Origin: Thalia democratica
Taxonomy: Eukaryota
Assembly: GCA_965202585.1 (NCBI GenBank)
Contig: OZ241829.1
Coordinates: forward strand, 18,290,001-18,354,000
Length of the DNA stretch: 64,000 nucleotides
Reading direction: 5' to 3'
Both the position numbers and the translations under genes were made by a program. The notes beneath the pieces were generated by a model. The model did no database searches. It saw only the letters and a program-made list of their open reading frames with translations, and was not told the origin of the DNA. Shown in pieces: positions 25,790 to 37,900 of the stretch (position 1 is the first letter of the stretch; every line of letters starts with the position of its first letter).

Positions 25790-25896
25790 AAAGAAATTTG
25801 AGCTGTGCGAAGCAGAGCGCAGCGCTTGAAGGTGTTGGAGTTTTGTATTTATTTTATGAGCTTCCGTTTTTAAATTATTTTGTTTTTGCTCCTTTT

Positions 25897-25902
25897 AATA
25901 AA
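25897..25902 (+). terminator. Polyadenylation signal after the S exon; equivalent at 26934-26939 after S2 and in later copies
   Basis: AATAAA about 105 nt after the stop, in a U-rich context. Confidence 0.55.
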
Positions 25903-26547
25903 ACTTTGTACTTTTTTCATTTAGATTTTATGGCTCTGTATTTTTTTCTTAGTTTTTAAAGTTTAGTTTAAACCTAGTTAGATATATATCATTAAAATGC
26001 TGTAGTAAAACATATTTTCATATTTAAATTACCTAATAAGTCATCGTAACACTGTAGAATATTTTAGTATAGACTAGAATATTTTATAAGGTTATTTATT
26101 GCATTTGTTTAAAATCTAAAAGTAAAAGCTATATGCATGTTTGTCTGCTGTACAGTGAAAAGCTGTAAGTTTTATTTTAAATATATTTGTCTTTAAAACA
26201 TAACAGCATTATGTTATACAATTTGATTATGACATGAGTTAGTGTAAAAATGCTTGTTAACAGTAAAAATATTTCTTTTATTACCAGCTTAAAAATCTCG
26301 ATCAATTATGTGTGTTTCACTAGTAAACTAACACATCCTAGGAATATAATAAACAACTTAAGTTTTGGTTTAGTTAGCAAAATAACGACATCAAAAAAAT
26401 TTGAGTAACATCGGACGTACACAACTTTGCATATGAAAATAAATCCAACTGACATGCTTGATTTTTTCTTCATCTCTTTCACCGAAAAAATCACAGCGGA
26501 TTCATTTTAACTGTATTACAGCGTAAATCTCAAAGTAAAATAAACAG

Positions 26548-26830
26548 AGAAATCAGAAAATTGGTCCTGGATAAGGAAGCGTGGATCGGCCTGACCGACG
26601 AATTAGTTGAGGGCGTGTGGCGGAAACCGGAATCAGATGTGATGTTTGACACTGAAATGGCTGGAAACTTGTTCTCGTGGTCATCAGGTGAGCCAAACGA
26701 CGGCGGTGAACACACCATCCAAAACTGCGTGTATGTCCGTTTGAAGTTTGGACGGCTGGGTATGGACGACAATCATTGCTCGATTCCTTTAAAGTTGGGT
26801 CTCTGCGAGATAAAACCGCCCGAAGAGTAA
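26548..26830 (+). CDS. Alternative CTLD second-half terminal exon, class S2, copy 1
   Basis: acag|A GAA (phase 2); WIGLTD..GEPND..NCVYV..MDDNHC..GLCEI; TAA stop; AATAAA at 26934-26939. Confidence 0.7.
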
Positions 26831-28370
26831 AAAATTGAGCTGTGCTTAGCAGAGCACAGCGCTTGTTGATGTTGCTGTTTTGTATTTATTTTATGAGTTT
26901 GTGTTTTTAGATTATTTTGTTTTTGTTCCTTTTAATAAAACTTTGTACATTTTTTTTCATTTAGATTTTATAGCCCTGTATTTTTTTAGTTTTTAAAGTT
27001 TTGTTTAAATCTTGTTAGATATATATCATTAAAATGCTAGTGTAAAACATTTTTTCTTCTTTAAATTACCTAATAAGTCATCATAGTACTGTGTAATATT
27101 TTAGTTTAGTCTAAATGTTTTGTAAGGTTTTTTTGTTGCATTTGTTTGAAATCTCAAATTAAGAGCTATATGCATGTTCGTCTGCTGTACAGTAAAAACA
27201 AGATTTTATTTCACTTTCTCGTTTGAGATATTTTAGTTGTTTTATCCCGTAAGATACACTTGTGCACAAAACAGTTTTACTGTGCTTAAATTATTTATTT
27301 CTTATTTAAAATTAGCTACTACTAAACATTTAAAAGTTCCTCAATGATGCACTCCTTTATTGTATTTATACTCCTAAAGCAAACTTAAATACAAGGCTTT
27401 GGACATATTTTTAATTGAAACAACCTAAATATATAAAGTTTATTTAGAGAATAATAATAAAGTACTTTTTTTATATTTTAAGTGGTAGAAGCTATTTGGC
27501 TTTAAAAATATTTCAGTAGTACTTGATTGTTTTTTAAAACAATTTCTATTTTTATTAAAACATTAAACGGTCTGCGGTAGACTACGTTTACTTCTAGCCT
27601 ACAGTATATAATACCAAACTTTTGTTTAATGCTTGTAATAAATTTTATTGTTTTGATATATCTCTTTAAGCTTAAATTGTGCTTCATAAGAATAGAGGTA
27701 GTTGTACATTTCAAGGTTACCTAAACAAAGTATGTTTGGCACCGCATAATGATAGCAACTATATTTTTATTTCAAACAAGTAAAGTAGGGTAAAACTATT
27801 TTATATTTATTTGTAAACTAATCACTTAATTTTTTTTTAGTTGTAAAAATAAGTATTCAAACCACTTTTTTTAAATGTACTAAATTAACGATCTAAACGA
27901 CATAAACTAAATTTGCACAATCTTGTTGGCGAGTAATAATAAATTTATTGTTAATCTCAATAAGCCATCTGATATTTTCTGGTGGTCTTTTTAAACAGCA
28001 CAAGTTTGTTGCAGGGGTAGAAAGCTTTTTTATTTAACCGGCTTTCATTATTTAAAACATATATTAAAAAGGTTATACTGAAACTATGACTAAATTTAAT
28101 GATAAAGTAAATTATATCAAAATAACATAATCATATACAAATGAAAATTAGTTTTAGTTGCAAACTATTGTGTTTAAGAGTAAATTTACATGTAAAAACA
28201 ATATGCTGCTTTGAGACAAGCAATACTAGTATGAGACAAGTAAATTTTTAAAAATTACCTTTTAAAAATAACCAGTAGTTATTACGGCCATCATCAACAG
28301 AGTTGAGATGTTTCGCGCCATCAGTAATAATTAATGAGCTTTACCGCAAGATCAACAGCATCCGAGACAA

Positions 28371-28413
28371 TCCTACGACCGGTTTCGTCCTAATTAGGGC
28401 TAATCAGGCAGGA
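28371..28413 (-). ncRNA. Degenerate type I hammerhead motif; copies at 36512-36554, 44647-44689 and 51723-51765
   Basis: Minus strand reads UCCUGC-CUGAUUA-GCCC-UAAUUA-GGAC-GAAA-CCGG-UC-GUAGGA: 6-bp stem I, but G8->U and one stem II mismatch. Confidence 0.65.
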
Positions 28414-28584
28414 ATACTCGCGAGACACCGCTATTGTGAACTTAACCAAGCGGGCTTAAGTACAAAGTACTGATCATCAAACATAGCTAAAGTTATAAAA
28501 ACTCAATAAAAAGTTTAAACTTATTTACTTAATATAAAAGGTGAAAACGTAGTACAAATTACTAATATTAAAATAATATTCTAT

Positions 28585-28800
28585 TAGGGGGAGACGTAGG
28601 GAAATAAAACTAATTAGTATCATAAATAGAAATATGATGAAATCAGTAGTTAGTTTAGATGAGATAATTAATATAAAGGAATTATTTACTTATTTTCTTT
28701 TTACTATCTTTGTGGAAAGTTACTGAGTTTTAATCTATTTGAATTAAATCTGCTCAGTTTTAAGCGAATATCTTCTACCCTCTCACACAATACGACATTT
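28585..28800 (-). mobile_element. 3' fragment of the same LINE family, present in each 8.1-kb unit
   Basis: Diverged match to 8085-8300 (tagggg..cgtagggaaataaaa; cagtagtt..tttagatgagata; accct..cacac.atac). Confidence 0.55.
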
Positions 28801-29848
28801 AATTTTTTTTCTTGGTAAGATTGATTAAAACAAAAGAGTGATTTAATTACCATAACATACTATCTTGAAACTTTTTTTTTTGTCATTGAAAAACAAAAAC
28901 TTTTTCAATTAAATTCATCGATTATTTATTTTTCAGACTAATGAAAAAATATATGCTTAGTTGATCTCTTTTATTGAGTCAATACTCATTGCAAATGCCG
29001 ATAAATACAAACAATAATTGCAATAAAATTGCAATATATAAGTAGACAAAAAAAAACAGTTAGTAAACTACACCACAGTCATAAAATTCGACGTTTTATT
29101 CAAAGCTTTTGAAATAAAAGTTTCACCTACACCTGAGGTTTAGAAAATGTTTAACCTAGTCTGAGTTTTTAAAATTTTAAAACTAGCCTGTTTGTTTGGC
29201 ATCTGTGTTTAAAATAAAATTCACAAAATAAAGAAATGTCGAAGTTTGTTAAGAGTGAATTTGTTATATAGCTAAAAAAATATTTATAAGTCAGCTTTAA
29301 TGAAATACTAAGTTTTATAAATATTTTTAATAAATGTATAAAATTTATTAAGCCATTTATGAAGTAGAAAAACTTATTTTCTATTGAGCATTGTAGCAAT
29401 TTTTTATCTGCAATAAAAATACATATTGCATTTAAAAACAGTAAATGTGATACACAAGACGAGCTATAGGAATAAAAAACTTTAGTTGGGATTTATTGCG
29501 AGAAACGAAAAAAAAATTGCTTAAATCAGTTTTAACATAGTTATCATTAGTAACTACAGACTCATCAGAAAAAACTGTTAAGGAAAGTTATAAAGTAGCA
29601 AAAGTAATTAAAAAAAAACATACCGTTTAGAACTGAAAACTTATTTTAAAAAGTTGTGATGAACGTTGTAAAACATTTTTACTATCTAGTATTAACTAGA
29701 ATAGTTGTTTACTAACTAGAATTTAACCTAGTTAAGCTTAATTAAGCATTTATTTATAGGATAGATTATATTAAACCTTTTGTAGAAGCTGTTAATCGTA
29801 ACGCACACTCACTAACACGATTAGTAGCACTAATCATTCTATTTGAGG

Positions 29849-31123
29849 ATGAGTGCTAGCAGCAAGAGATCCATACCTGTGTCAGTATACGACCGCTCGA
29901 GGTTAGTTACTGATGCTGAAGAGGGTATGGACGCTAGTTACCACATACCAACTATAAACCCTGAGCGGACTAACATATCTCACCAACACAAAGCGATATC
30001 AGAACAACACAAATCGATATCAGACGAAATGAAAGTGTTAGTAGCAAGAGCTGAGGGTTATAATGGCATCCTTCAACGCTACGATCCACTACCTTTCGAT
30101 AACATTAACGAATACACAACGAAAACGAAGACCATTAATAAACAAAAAATGCGCCAAAACTATGTCGCACCGAACAGTTTTGAAAATTTAACGGCGTACA
30201 GTCATCAAACGTCGTTAAAAAATGTTAATGAAATGATTAGAACATTAGAACAAAAAAAAACTCTTCTTCCAATTTACGTCAACGACGGCAGTGTTTTTAA
30301 TAAAGAAACTGGCGCAGATAAGCTTACACGTAAATTTCACCGTTTCACTAAAATTACTACACCACGCCAAACCCTGAATTACTTCGTCGGAGAATTTGAG
30401 CGACTCAATGTGACAGATGATCACACGAAATATAACATTATAGTCGGAAAATGGGTTCCCGACGAGGTGTCACAATACTATACGACAGTCAGCCCTGAAA
30501 AACAAAATTTTCAATCGTTCAAAGAATTTTTTGAAAGACGTGACTGTCCCTTTACGCCAATTCTCGGCAAACGTCCAATACTTACCAGCTCTACTTCGTT
30601 TAGCGCGTATTTGGCCGAGGCTACCGAATGTGCAACAGCTCATGAGGATGACCGTATTAAGTTCTTTTTATAATATCATGCTCCTAGTTCTTTGAAGAGC
30701 AGGATCGAAAAATATGTTGTAGAAGATCTTATACAATTTAAACGCCGCGTACAGACTATGCGGTCACACCAAAGTGACGACCCTCCTGTATCCGATCCAC
30801 CAGTCAATTATAACAAGTCAAGAAAAAACCAAGGCCATCAACGACATAATGGGCGTCACAATAGCGGCAATGACAGGTATGTTAAACAAAGTTATGACAA
30901 TAGCGGTAACTTGAGACAGAACTTTTAAAAGCGTTACCAAAATTACGGTAGTAGTAATAATTACGGGCGTAACTTTAACAATCGAAATCAAAATTGCATT
31001 AATTTTTCTAGATACTTCGTTCGAAATTTTAATATCCGAAACCAAAATTGTTGTAACGGTGGTAGTTATAGGCACGAACTTGATAATCGTTACCAAAACC
31101 ATGGTAACAGTAATAACTATTAG
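29849..31123 (+). mobile_element. Decayed Ty3/Gypsy gag-like reading frame; copies at ~37990-39266, ~46123-47399 and ~53201-54838
   Basis: One frame of ~425 codons with internal TAA at 30671-73 and 30926-28. YFVGEFERLNVTDDHTKYNIIVGKWVPDEV..FQSFKEFF resembles the Gypsy Gag capsid N-terminal region (DUF7041-like, by eye). Asn/Arg/Tyr-rich tail; no pol. Confidence 0.55.
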
Positions 31124-32059
31124 CGCCACCGAAAAAAAATTACGTTAGTAGACCTTATAATAAAAAGTTATTAATAAAATTAAAGCTCTTACTAATTCAC
31201 TTAACTTGAGGTTTAAATTAAACTTTATATCTAAATTGATAAACTTTATGATGTATTTTATCGAAAAAAATGTGCTTAATGCAATTTGAATGAATATCAT
31301 TTTTAATTTAATTTATATTTTGTGATGCTTTATTGTTGTCTTTTTCTTAAGTGTTAAGGAGGTGTTGCAGATTGATATAAATAATAAAAGTGGTATAAAT
31401 AAAGATGCTAACTTTTCAGAAAAAATGAATTTTGAATCAAACATATAATAAAATATGTTTTATCGTTGAGCTTCTCGTATTTCGTTTAAGTTGAGGTTAA
31501 AATTGAACTTTTTATTTATCATGATTAGTTTATTTTTATCAAAAAAATGTACTTAATACAATTTAGATGAATCCCCTTTGTAATTTGATTTAAATTTCAA
31601 GTATATTTTGTGAAACTTGATTATGGAGCATCTTGTAATTCCTATAAGTTGAGGTTTAAATTAAATTTTATATTTATAATGATTAGTTTATTTTCTAAAT
31701 TTTGTTATTCTTTTTTATTATTTTTCTATCATTAGTTGTTCTTAAAATAAAGTTTAAAATTTAAATTCTATAGATTGAATAGAACGACTTTTTGAGAAGT
31801 ATGATACTATTTGTTTGCTTTCATAAAACTTACTCATTAAAAAAAAATAAATAAAGTCGATATTGAACATCGACCTGAAAAATTTATTGTTTTCGCTTCG
31901 ATAGTCAAAATGTCGAGTTAGTTAATAAATAATTTAAATTTTTAATTTTTTTCGTTTAATGATAATTAAATTAAAAACAATTTGGTTTTTTAAAACATTG
32001 TTTCGAACAAATAATAACAATCGCTAGTTAAGCTAGTTGACGCATTTTCGTTAATGCCA

Positions 32060-32638
32060 TGTAGAGTAAACTAACAATCACGCCGGGTATCATGCTTCTA
32101 CCAGCATGTTATAACTAGATAATTAGAACCATGCCTTGATCATGCGGAACTGTTATGCAAACGAGGTGTACATAAGCAGCCGAGCGAATGAGAGAGCAAG
32201 TTTTACCGACTTCATGTCAAGAAGAAAGCAGTTCCACGTCTCTTGGCGCTTTGAGCGTAAGCCGCCATCTTAGAAAAGCTAGATGATCTCCGGAAAATCC
32301 TTCTTATTCAAGTATTTGTTTGTTAATCTAAAACATTTACTTTGTACTTTACTTCATAACTTCGTAGTTTTTATATCTTATTCTATATACATTTTGTATA
32401 CCTACTTTAGCAATGTCGACGGGGCGTACAGCTCGTTTTGAGTTGTTAGCATGCCATACTCATAAGTTTACGCATACTGTAGCAGACAAGCTGTCCTCCA
32501 GCAACAACTTTCAGTTTTGGTCAATTTGAACATAGAACTCAACGTATAAGCCTACACATTCGGTGGCATAAACTTATTACTTCTGTCTTTCTTTTCTTTA
32601 TTTCAATATTTGTGTCTTTTTATTTTGCGCGCTCTACA
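32060..32638 (-). mobile_element. LTR-like segment (579 bp); copies at 40195-40773, 48327-48918 and 55768-56348
   Basis: Ends TGTAGAG...CTCTACA (TG..CA with a 7-bp inverted terminus). On the minus strand it is followed directly by TGG (PBS-like) and has a TATAAAA box. No TSD and no partner LTR within the unit. Confidence 0.6.
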
Positions 32639-33092
32639 TCCGGTGTCACCCGGTTAAATTTGTATAATCTACAGCCTATAGATATACACAAGCATGTTTC
32701 AAAACTATGTTAAAACTATTGGATTTTATTTAGTTTGCCTCTCCTACCAACCCCGGAAGATTTCAATGTGAAAATGGTAGAACTAGACTTTACTGACTAC
32801 ACCATGACTAGATACGCTTGCGATAATTCAAATTACCAGTTTTTGTACTTTATTCATCTAAACATCACTAAGTGATGAGTATATTTCAAGTTAAAAATCA
32901 TTAATTAAATTAAGGTTTTTAGTTTCACCAACATAAAAAGCATAACTACGAAAAAAACCACATAAATAAAACGACCAAATAAAAGCTTAAGTTGTATAAA
33001 TTAAAATCTTCTTTACTAAAGTTTACCTTGACCAAAATGCTTAATATGTTGGTTTCTTATTGAATTATTTTTGACTCACTAACAACTCACAG

Positions 33093-33216
33093 GGGAATAC
33101 GAGTTCAGCTTAACGAAAAAAAAGGGTACGTTTAACCAGGCTCGGGAGCAATGTCAAAGATTGAATGGAGACCTAATATATTAAAACTTGGGACCCGGCA
33201 GGAAAATGTATCACCC
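33093..33216 (+). pseudogene. R exon copy 1, nonsense
   Basis: GAA->TAA at 33182-33184. Confidence 0.85.
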
Positions 33217-33606
33217 GTAAGTTGTATTTTAAATATATGTATATGTATGTCTATAAAACAAAACAGCATTTCGTTTGACAACTTGATAATGACTTGAATT
33301 TGTGTGAAAATACTTTTTTACCGTAAAAAATATTTCTTTTTTTCCAACTTAAAAAATCTCGATTAATTCTGTGTGTTTCACTATTTAACTAACCTATCCT
33401 AAGAATATAACAGACAACTTAAGTTTTGGTTTAGTTAGCAAACTAACAACAACAAAAATTTGAGTACCATCGGACGTACACAACTTTGCATATAAAATTA
33501 AATCCAACTAACATGCTTGATTTTTTCTTCATCTCTTTTACCGCATAAAGTCACAACGGATTCATTTGAACTTTATTACCGCGTAAATCTGAAAATAAAA
33601 AAACAG

Positions 33607-33943
33607 AGAAATCAGGGATTTGGTTCTGGATAATCCAGCGTGGATCGGGCTGACCGACCAAGTTGTTGAGGGTGAGTGGCGAAAACCGGGATCTTCAGCT
33701 TCAGATGAGAAGTTTGACACTAGAATGAATGGAAACTTGTTCTCGTGGGTATGGCCTGAGCCCAATAACGGCCGTGTTAAAGGGATCACCGCAGTTTACC
33801 AGGACTGTGTGTATGTCGGTTATAAAGGCCCACTGAATATGGACGACACCAACTGCTGCACCGGTGTTCCGGCTGGAACATGCTCATCTTTTTACTCAGG
33901 CGACAAGTTCGGTCTTTGCGAGATAAAACTGCCCGAAGATTAA
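33607..33943 (+). CDS. Class S CTLD exon, copy 2 (open)
   Basis: Intact acceptor, open frame and stop; 11 aa differences from copy 1. Use is not proven. Confidence 0.55.
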
Positions 33944-34692
33944 AGAGAAATTTGAGCTGTGCGAAGCAGAGCACAGCGCTTGAAGGTGTTGAAGTTTTGT
34001 ATTTGTTTTATGAGCTTCCGTTTTTAAATTATTTTGTTTTTGCTCCTTTTAATAAAACTTTGTACTTTTTTTTCATTTAGATTTTATGGCTCTGTATTTT
34101 TTTCTTAGTTTTTAAAGTTTAGTTTAAACCTAGTTAGGTATATATCATTAAAATGCTGTAGTAAAACATATTTTCATATTTAAATTACCTAATAAGTCAT
34201 CGTAACACTGTAGAATGTTTTAGTATAGACTAGAATATTTTATAAGGTTATTTATTGCATTTGTTTAAAATCTAAAATTAAAAGCTATATGCATGTTTGT
34301 CTGCTGTACAGTGAAAAGCTGTAAGTTTTATTTTAAATATATTTGTCTTTAAAACATAACAGCATTATGTTATAAAATTTGATTATGACATGAGTTAGTG
34401 TAAAAATACTTGTTAACAGTAAAAATATTTCTTTTATTACCAGCTTAAAAATCTCGATCAATTATGTGTTTTTCACTAGTTAACTAACACATCCTAAGAA
34501 TATAATAAACAACTTAAGCTTTGGTTTAGTTAGCAAACTAACAACAACAAAAAAATTGAGTAACACAACTTTGCATATAAAAATAAATCCAACTGACATG
34601 CTTGATTTTTTCTTCATCTCTTTTACCAAAAAAAATCACAGCGGATTCATTTCAACTGTATTACAGCGTAAATCTCAAAGTAAAATAAACAG

Positions 34693-34975
34693 AGAAATCA
34701 GAAAATTGTTCCTGGATAAGGAAGCGTGGATCGGCCTGACCGACGAATTAGTTGAGGGCGTGTGGCGAAAACCGGAATCAGATGAGATGTTTGACACTGA
34801 AATGGGTGGAAACTTGTTCTCGTGGGCCTCAGGTGAGCCAAACGACGGCGGTGAACACACCATCCAAAACTGCGTGTATGTCCGTTTGAAGTTTGGACGG
34901 CTGGGTATGGACGACAATCATTGCTCGATTCCTTTAAAGTTGGGTCTCTGCGAGATAAAACTGCCCGAAGAGTAA
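34693..34975 (+). CDS. Class S2 CTLD exon, copy 2 (open)
   Basis: Intact acceptor, open frame and stop. Confidence 0.55.
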
Positions 34976-37900
34976 AAAATTGAGCTGTGCGTAGCAGGGC
35001 ACAGCGCTTGTTGGTGCTGCTGTTTTGTATTTATTTTATGAGTTTGTGTTTTTAGATTATTTTGGTTTTGTTCGTTTTAATAAAACTTTGTACTTTTTTT
35101 TCATTTAGATTTTATAGCTCTGTATTTTTTTAGTTTTTAAAGTTTTGTTTAAATCTTGTTAGATATATATCATTAAAATGCTAGTGTAAAACATTTTTTC
35201 TTCTTTGAATTACCTAATAAGTCATCGTAGTACTGTGTAATATTTTAGTATAGACTAGAATATTTTATAAGGTTGTTTATTGCATTTGTTTTAAATCTCA
35301 AATTAAGAGCTATATGCATGTTTTTCTGCTGTACAGTGAAAACAAGATTTTATTTCACTTTCTCGTTTGAGATATTTTAGTTGTTTTATCCCGTAAGATA
35401 CACTTGTGCACAAAACAGCTTTACTGTGCTTAAATTATTTATTTCTTATTCAAAACTAGTTAATACAAAACATTTCAAATTTACTCAATGTTGCACTCTT
35501 TTATTGTATTTATACTCCTAAAGCAAACTTAAATACAAGGCGTTGGACATATTTTTAATTGAAACTACCTAAATATATAAAGTTTATTTAGAGAATAATA
35601 ATATAGTACTTTTTTTTTTAAGTGGTAGAAGCTATTTGGCTTTAAAAATATTTCAGTAGTACTTGGTTGTTTTTTAAAACAATTTCTATTTTTATTAAAA
35701 CAGTAAACGGTCTGCGGTAGACTACGTTTACTTCAAGCCTACAGTATATAATACCAACCTTTTGTTTAATACTTGTAATAAATTTTATTGTTTTGATATA
35801 TCTCTTTAAGCTTAAATTGTGCTTCATAAGAATAGAAGTAGTTGTACACTTCAAGGTTACCTAAACAAAGTATGTTTGGCACCGCATAATGATAGCAACT
35901 ACTTATTTTTATTTCACTCAAGTAAAGTTGGGTAAAACTATTTTATATTTATTTGTAAACTAGTCACTTATTTTTTTTTAGTTGTAAAAATAAGTATTCA
36001 AACCATTTTTTTTAAATGTACTAAATTAACGATTTAAACGACATAAACTAAATTTGCACAATCTTGTTGGCGAGTAATAATAAATTTATTGTTAATCTCA
36101 ATAAGCCATCTGATATTTTCTGGTGGTCTTTTTAAACATCACAAGTTTGTTGCAGGGGTAGAAAGCTTTTTTATTTAACCGGCTTTCATTATTTAAAACA
36201 TATATTAAAAAGGCTATACTGAAACTATGACTAAATTTAATGATAAAGTAAATTATATCAAAATAACATAATCATATACAAATGAAAATTAGTTTTAGTT
36301 GCAAACTATTGTGTTTAAAAGTAAATTTACATGTAAAAACAGTATGCTGCTTTGAGACAAGCAATACTAGTATGAGACAAGTAAATTTTTAAAAATTACC
36401 TTTTAAAAATAACCAGTAGTTATTACGGCCATCATCAACAGAGTTGAGATGTTTCGCGCCATCAGTAATAATTAATGAGCTTTACCGCAAGATCAACAGC
36501 ATCCGAGACAATCCTACGACCGGTTTCGTCCTAATTAGGGCTAATCAGGCAGGAATACTCGCGAGACACCGCTATTGTGAACTTAACCAAGCGGGCTTAA
36601 GTACAAAGTACTGATCATCAAACATAGCTAAAGTTATAAAAACTCAATAAAAAGTTTAAACTTATTTACTTAATATAAAAGGTGAAAACGTAGTACAAAT
36701 TACTAATATTAAAATAATATTCTATTAGGGGGAGACGTAGGGAAATAAAACTAATTAGTATCATAAATAGAAATATGATGAAATCAGTAGTTAGTTTAGA
36801 TGAGATAATTAGTATAAAGGAATTGTTTACTTATTTTCTTCTTACTATCTTTGTGGAAAGTTACTGAATTTTATACTATTTGAATTGAATCTGCTCAGTT
36901 TTAAGCGAATATCTTCTACCCTCTCACACAATACGACATTTAATTTTTTTTCTTGGTAAGATTGATTAAAACAAAAGAGTGATTTAATTACCATAACATA
37001 CTATCTTGAAACTATTTTTTTTGTCATTGAAAAACAAAACCTTTTTCAATTAAATTCATCGATTATTTATTTTTCAGACTAATGAAAAAATATATGCTTA
37101 GTTGATCTCTTTTATTGAGTCAATACTCATTGCAAATGCCGATAAATACAAACAATAATTGCAATAAAATTGCAATATGTAAGTAGACAAAAAAAAACAG
37201 TTAGTAAACTACACCACAGTCATAAAATTCGACGTTTTATTCAAAGCTTTTGAAATAAAAGTTTCACCTACACCTGAGGTTTAGAAAATGTTTAACCTAG
37301 TCTGAGTTTTTAAAATTTTAAAACTAGCCTGTTTGTTTGGCATCTGTGTTTAAAATAAAATTCACAAAATAAAGAAATGTCGAAGTTTGTTAAGAGTGAA
37401 TTTGTTATATAGTTAAAAAAATATTTATAAGTCAGCTTCATTAAAAAAACAACTTTTATAAATATTTTTAATAAATGTATAAAATTTATTAAGCCATTTA
37501 TGAAGTAGAAAAACTTATTTTCTATTGAGCATTGTAGCAATTTTTTATCTGCAATAAAAATACATATTGCATTTAAAAACAGTAAATGTGATACACAAGA
37601 CGAGCTATAGGAATAAAAAACTTTAGTTGGGATTTATTGCGAGAAACGAAAAAAAAATTGCTTAAATCAGTTTTAACATAGTTATCATTAGTAACTACAG
37701 ACTCATCAGAAAAAACTGTTAAGGAAAGTTATAAAGTAGCAAAAGTAATTAAAAAAAAACATACCGTTTAGAACTGAAAACTTATTTTAAAAAGTTGTGA
37801 TGAACGTTGTAAAACATTTTTACTATCTAGTATTAACTAGAATAGTTGTTTACTAACTAGAATTTAACCTAGTTAAGCTTAATTAAGCATTTATTTATAG

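Noticed and set aside
25787-25823. TGA plus hairpin as selenocysteine or readthrough signal
   Set aside because: Paralogs use TAA, the hairpin lacks SECIS features, and another stop follows within ~4 codons.
25408-26772. Minus-strand and alternate-frame ORFs over the lectin and CCP exons (also 2362-2568, 5477-5755, 6010-6228, 6259-6492)
   Set aside because: Shadows of GC-richer true exons.
29561-29568. CTCATCAG (antisense CUGAUGAG)
   Set aside because: No stem II or GAAA follows on the minus strand.
30818-31129. Minus-strand 103-aa I/V/T-rich ORF and its copies
   Set aside because: Antisense shadow of the Asn-rich gag tail.
31124-31175. TLVD after gag as a retroviral protease motif
   Set aside because: No D-T/S-G, and the frame closes within a few codons.
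32040-32059. Assigning the PBS to a specific tRNA
   Set aside because: TGGCATTAACG does not match a tRNA 3' end I can identify beyond the TGG.
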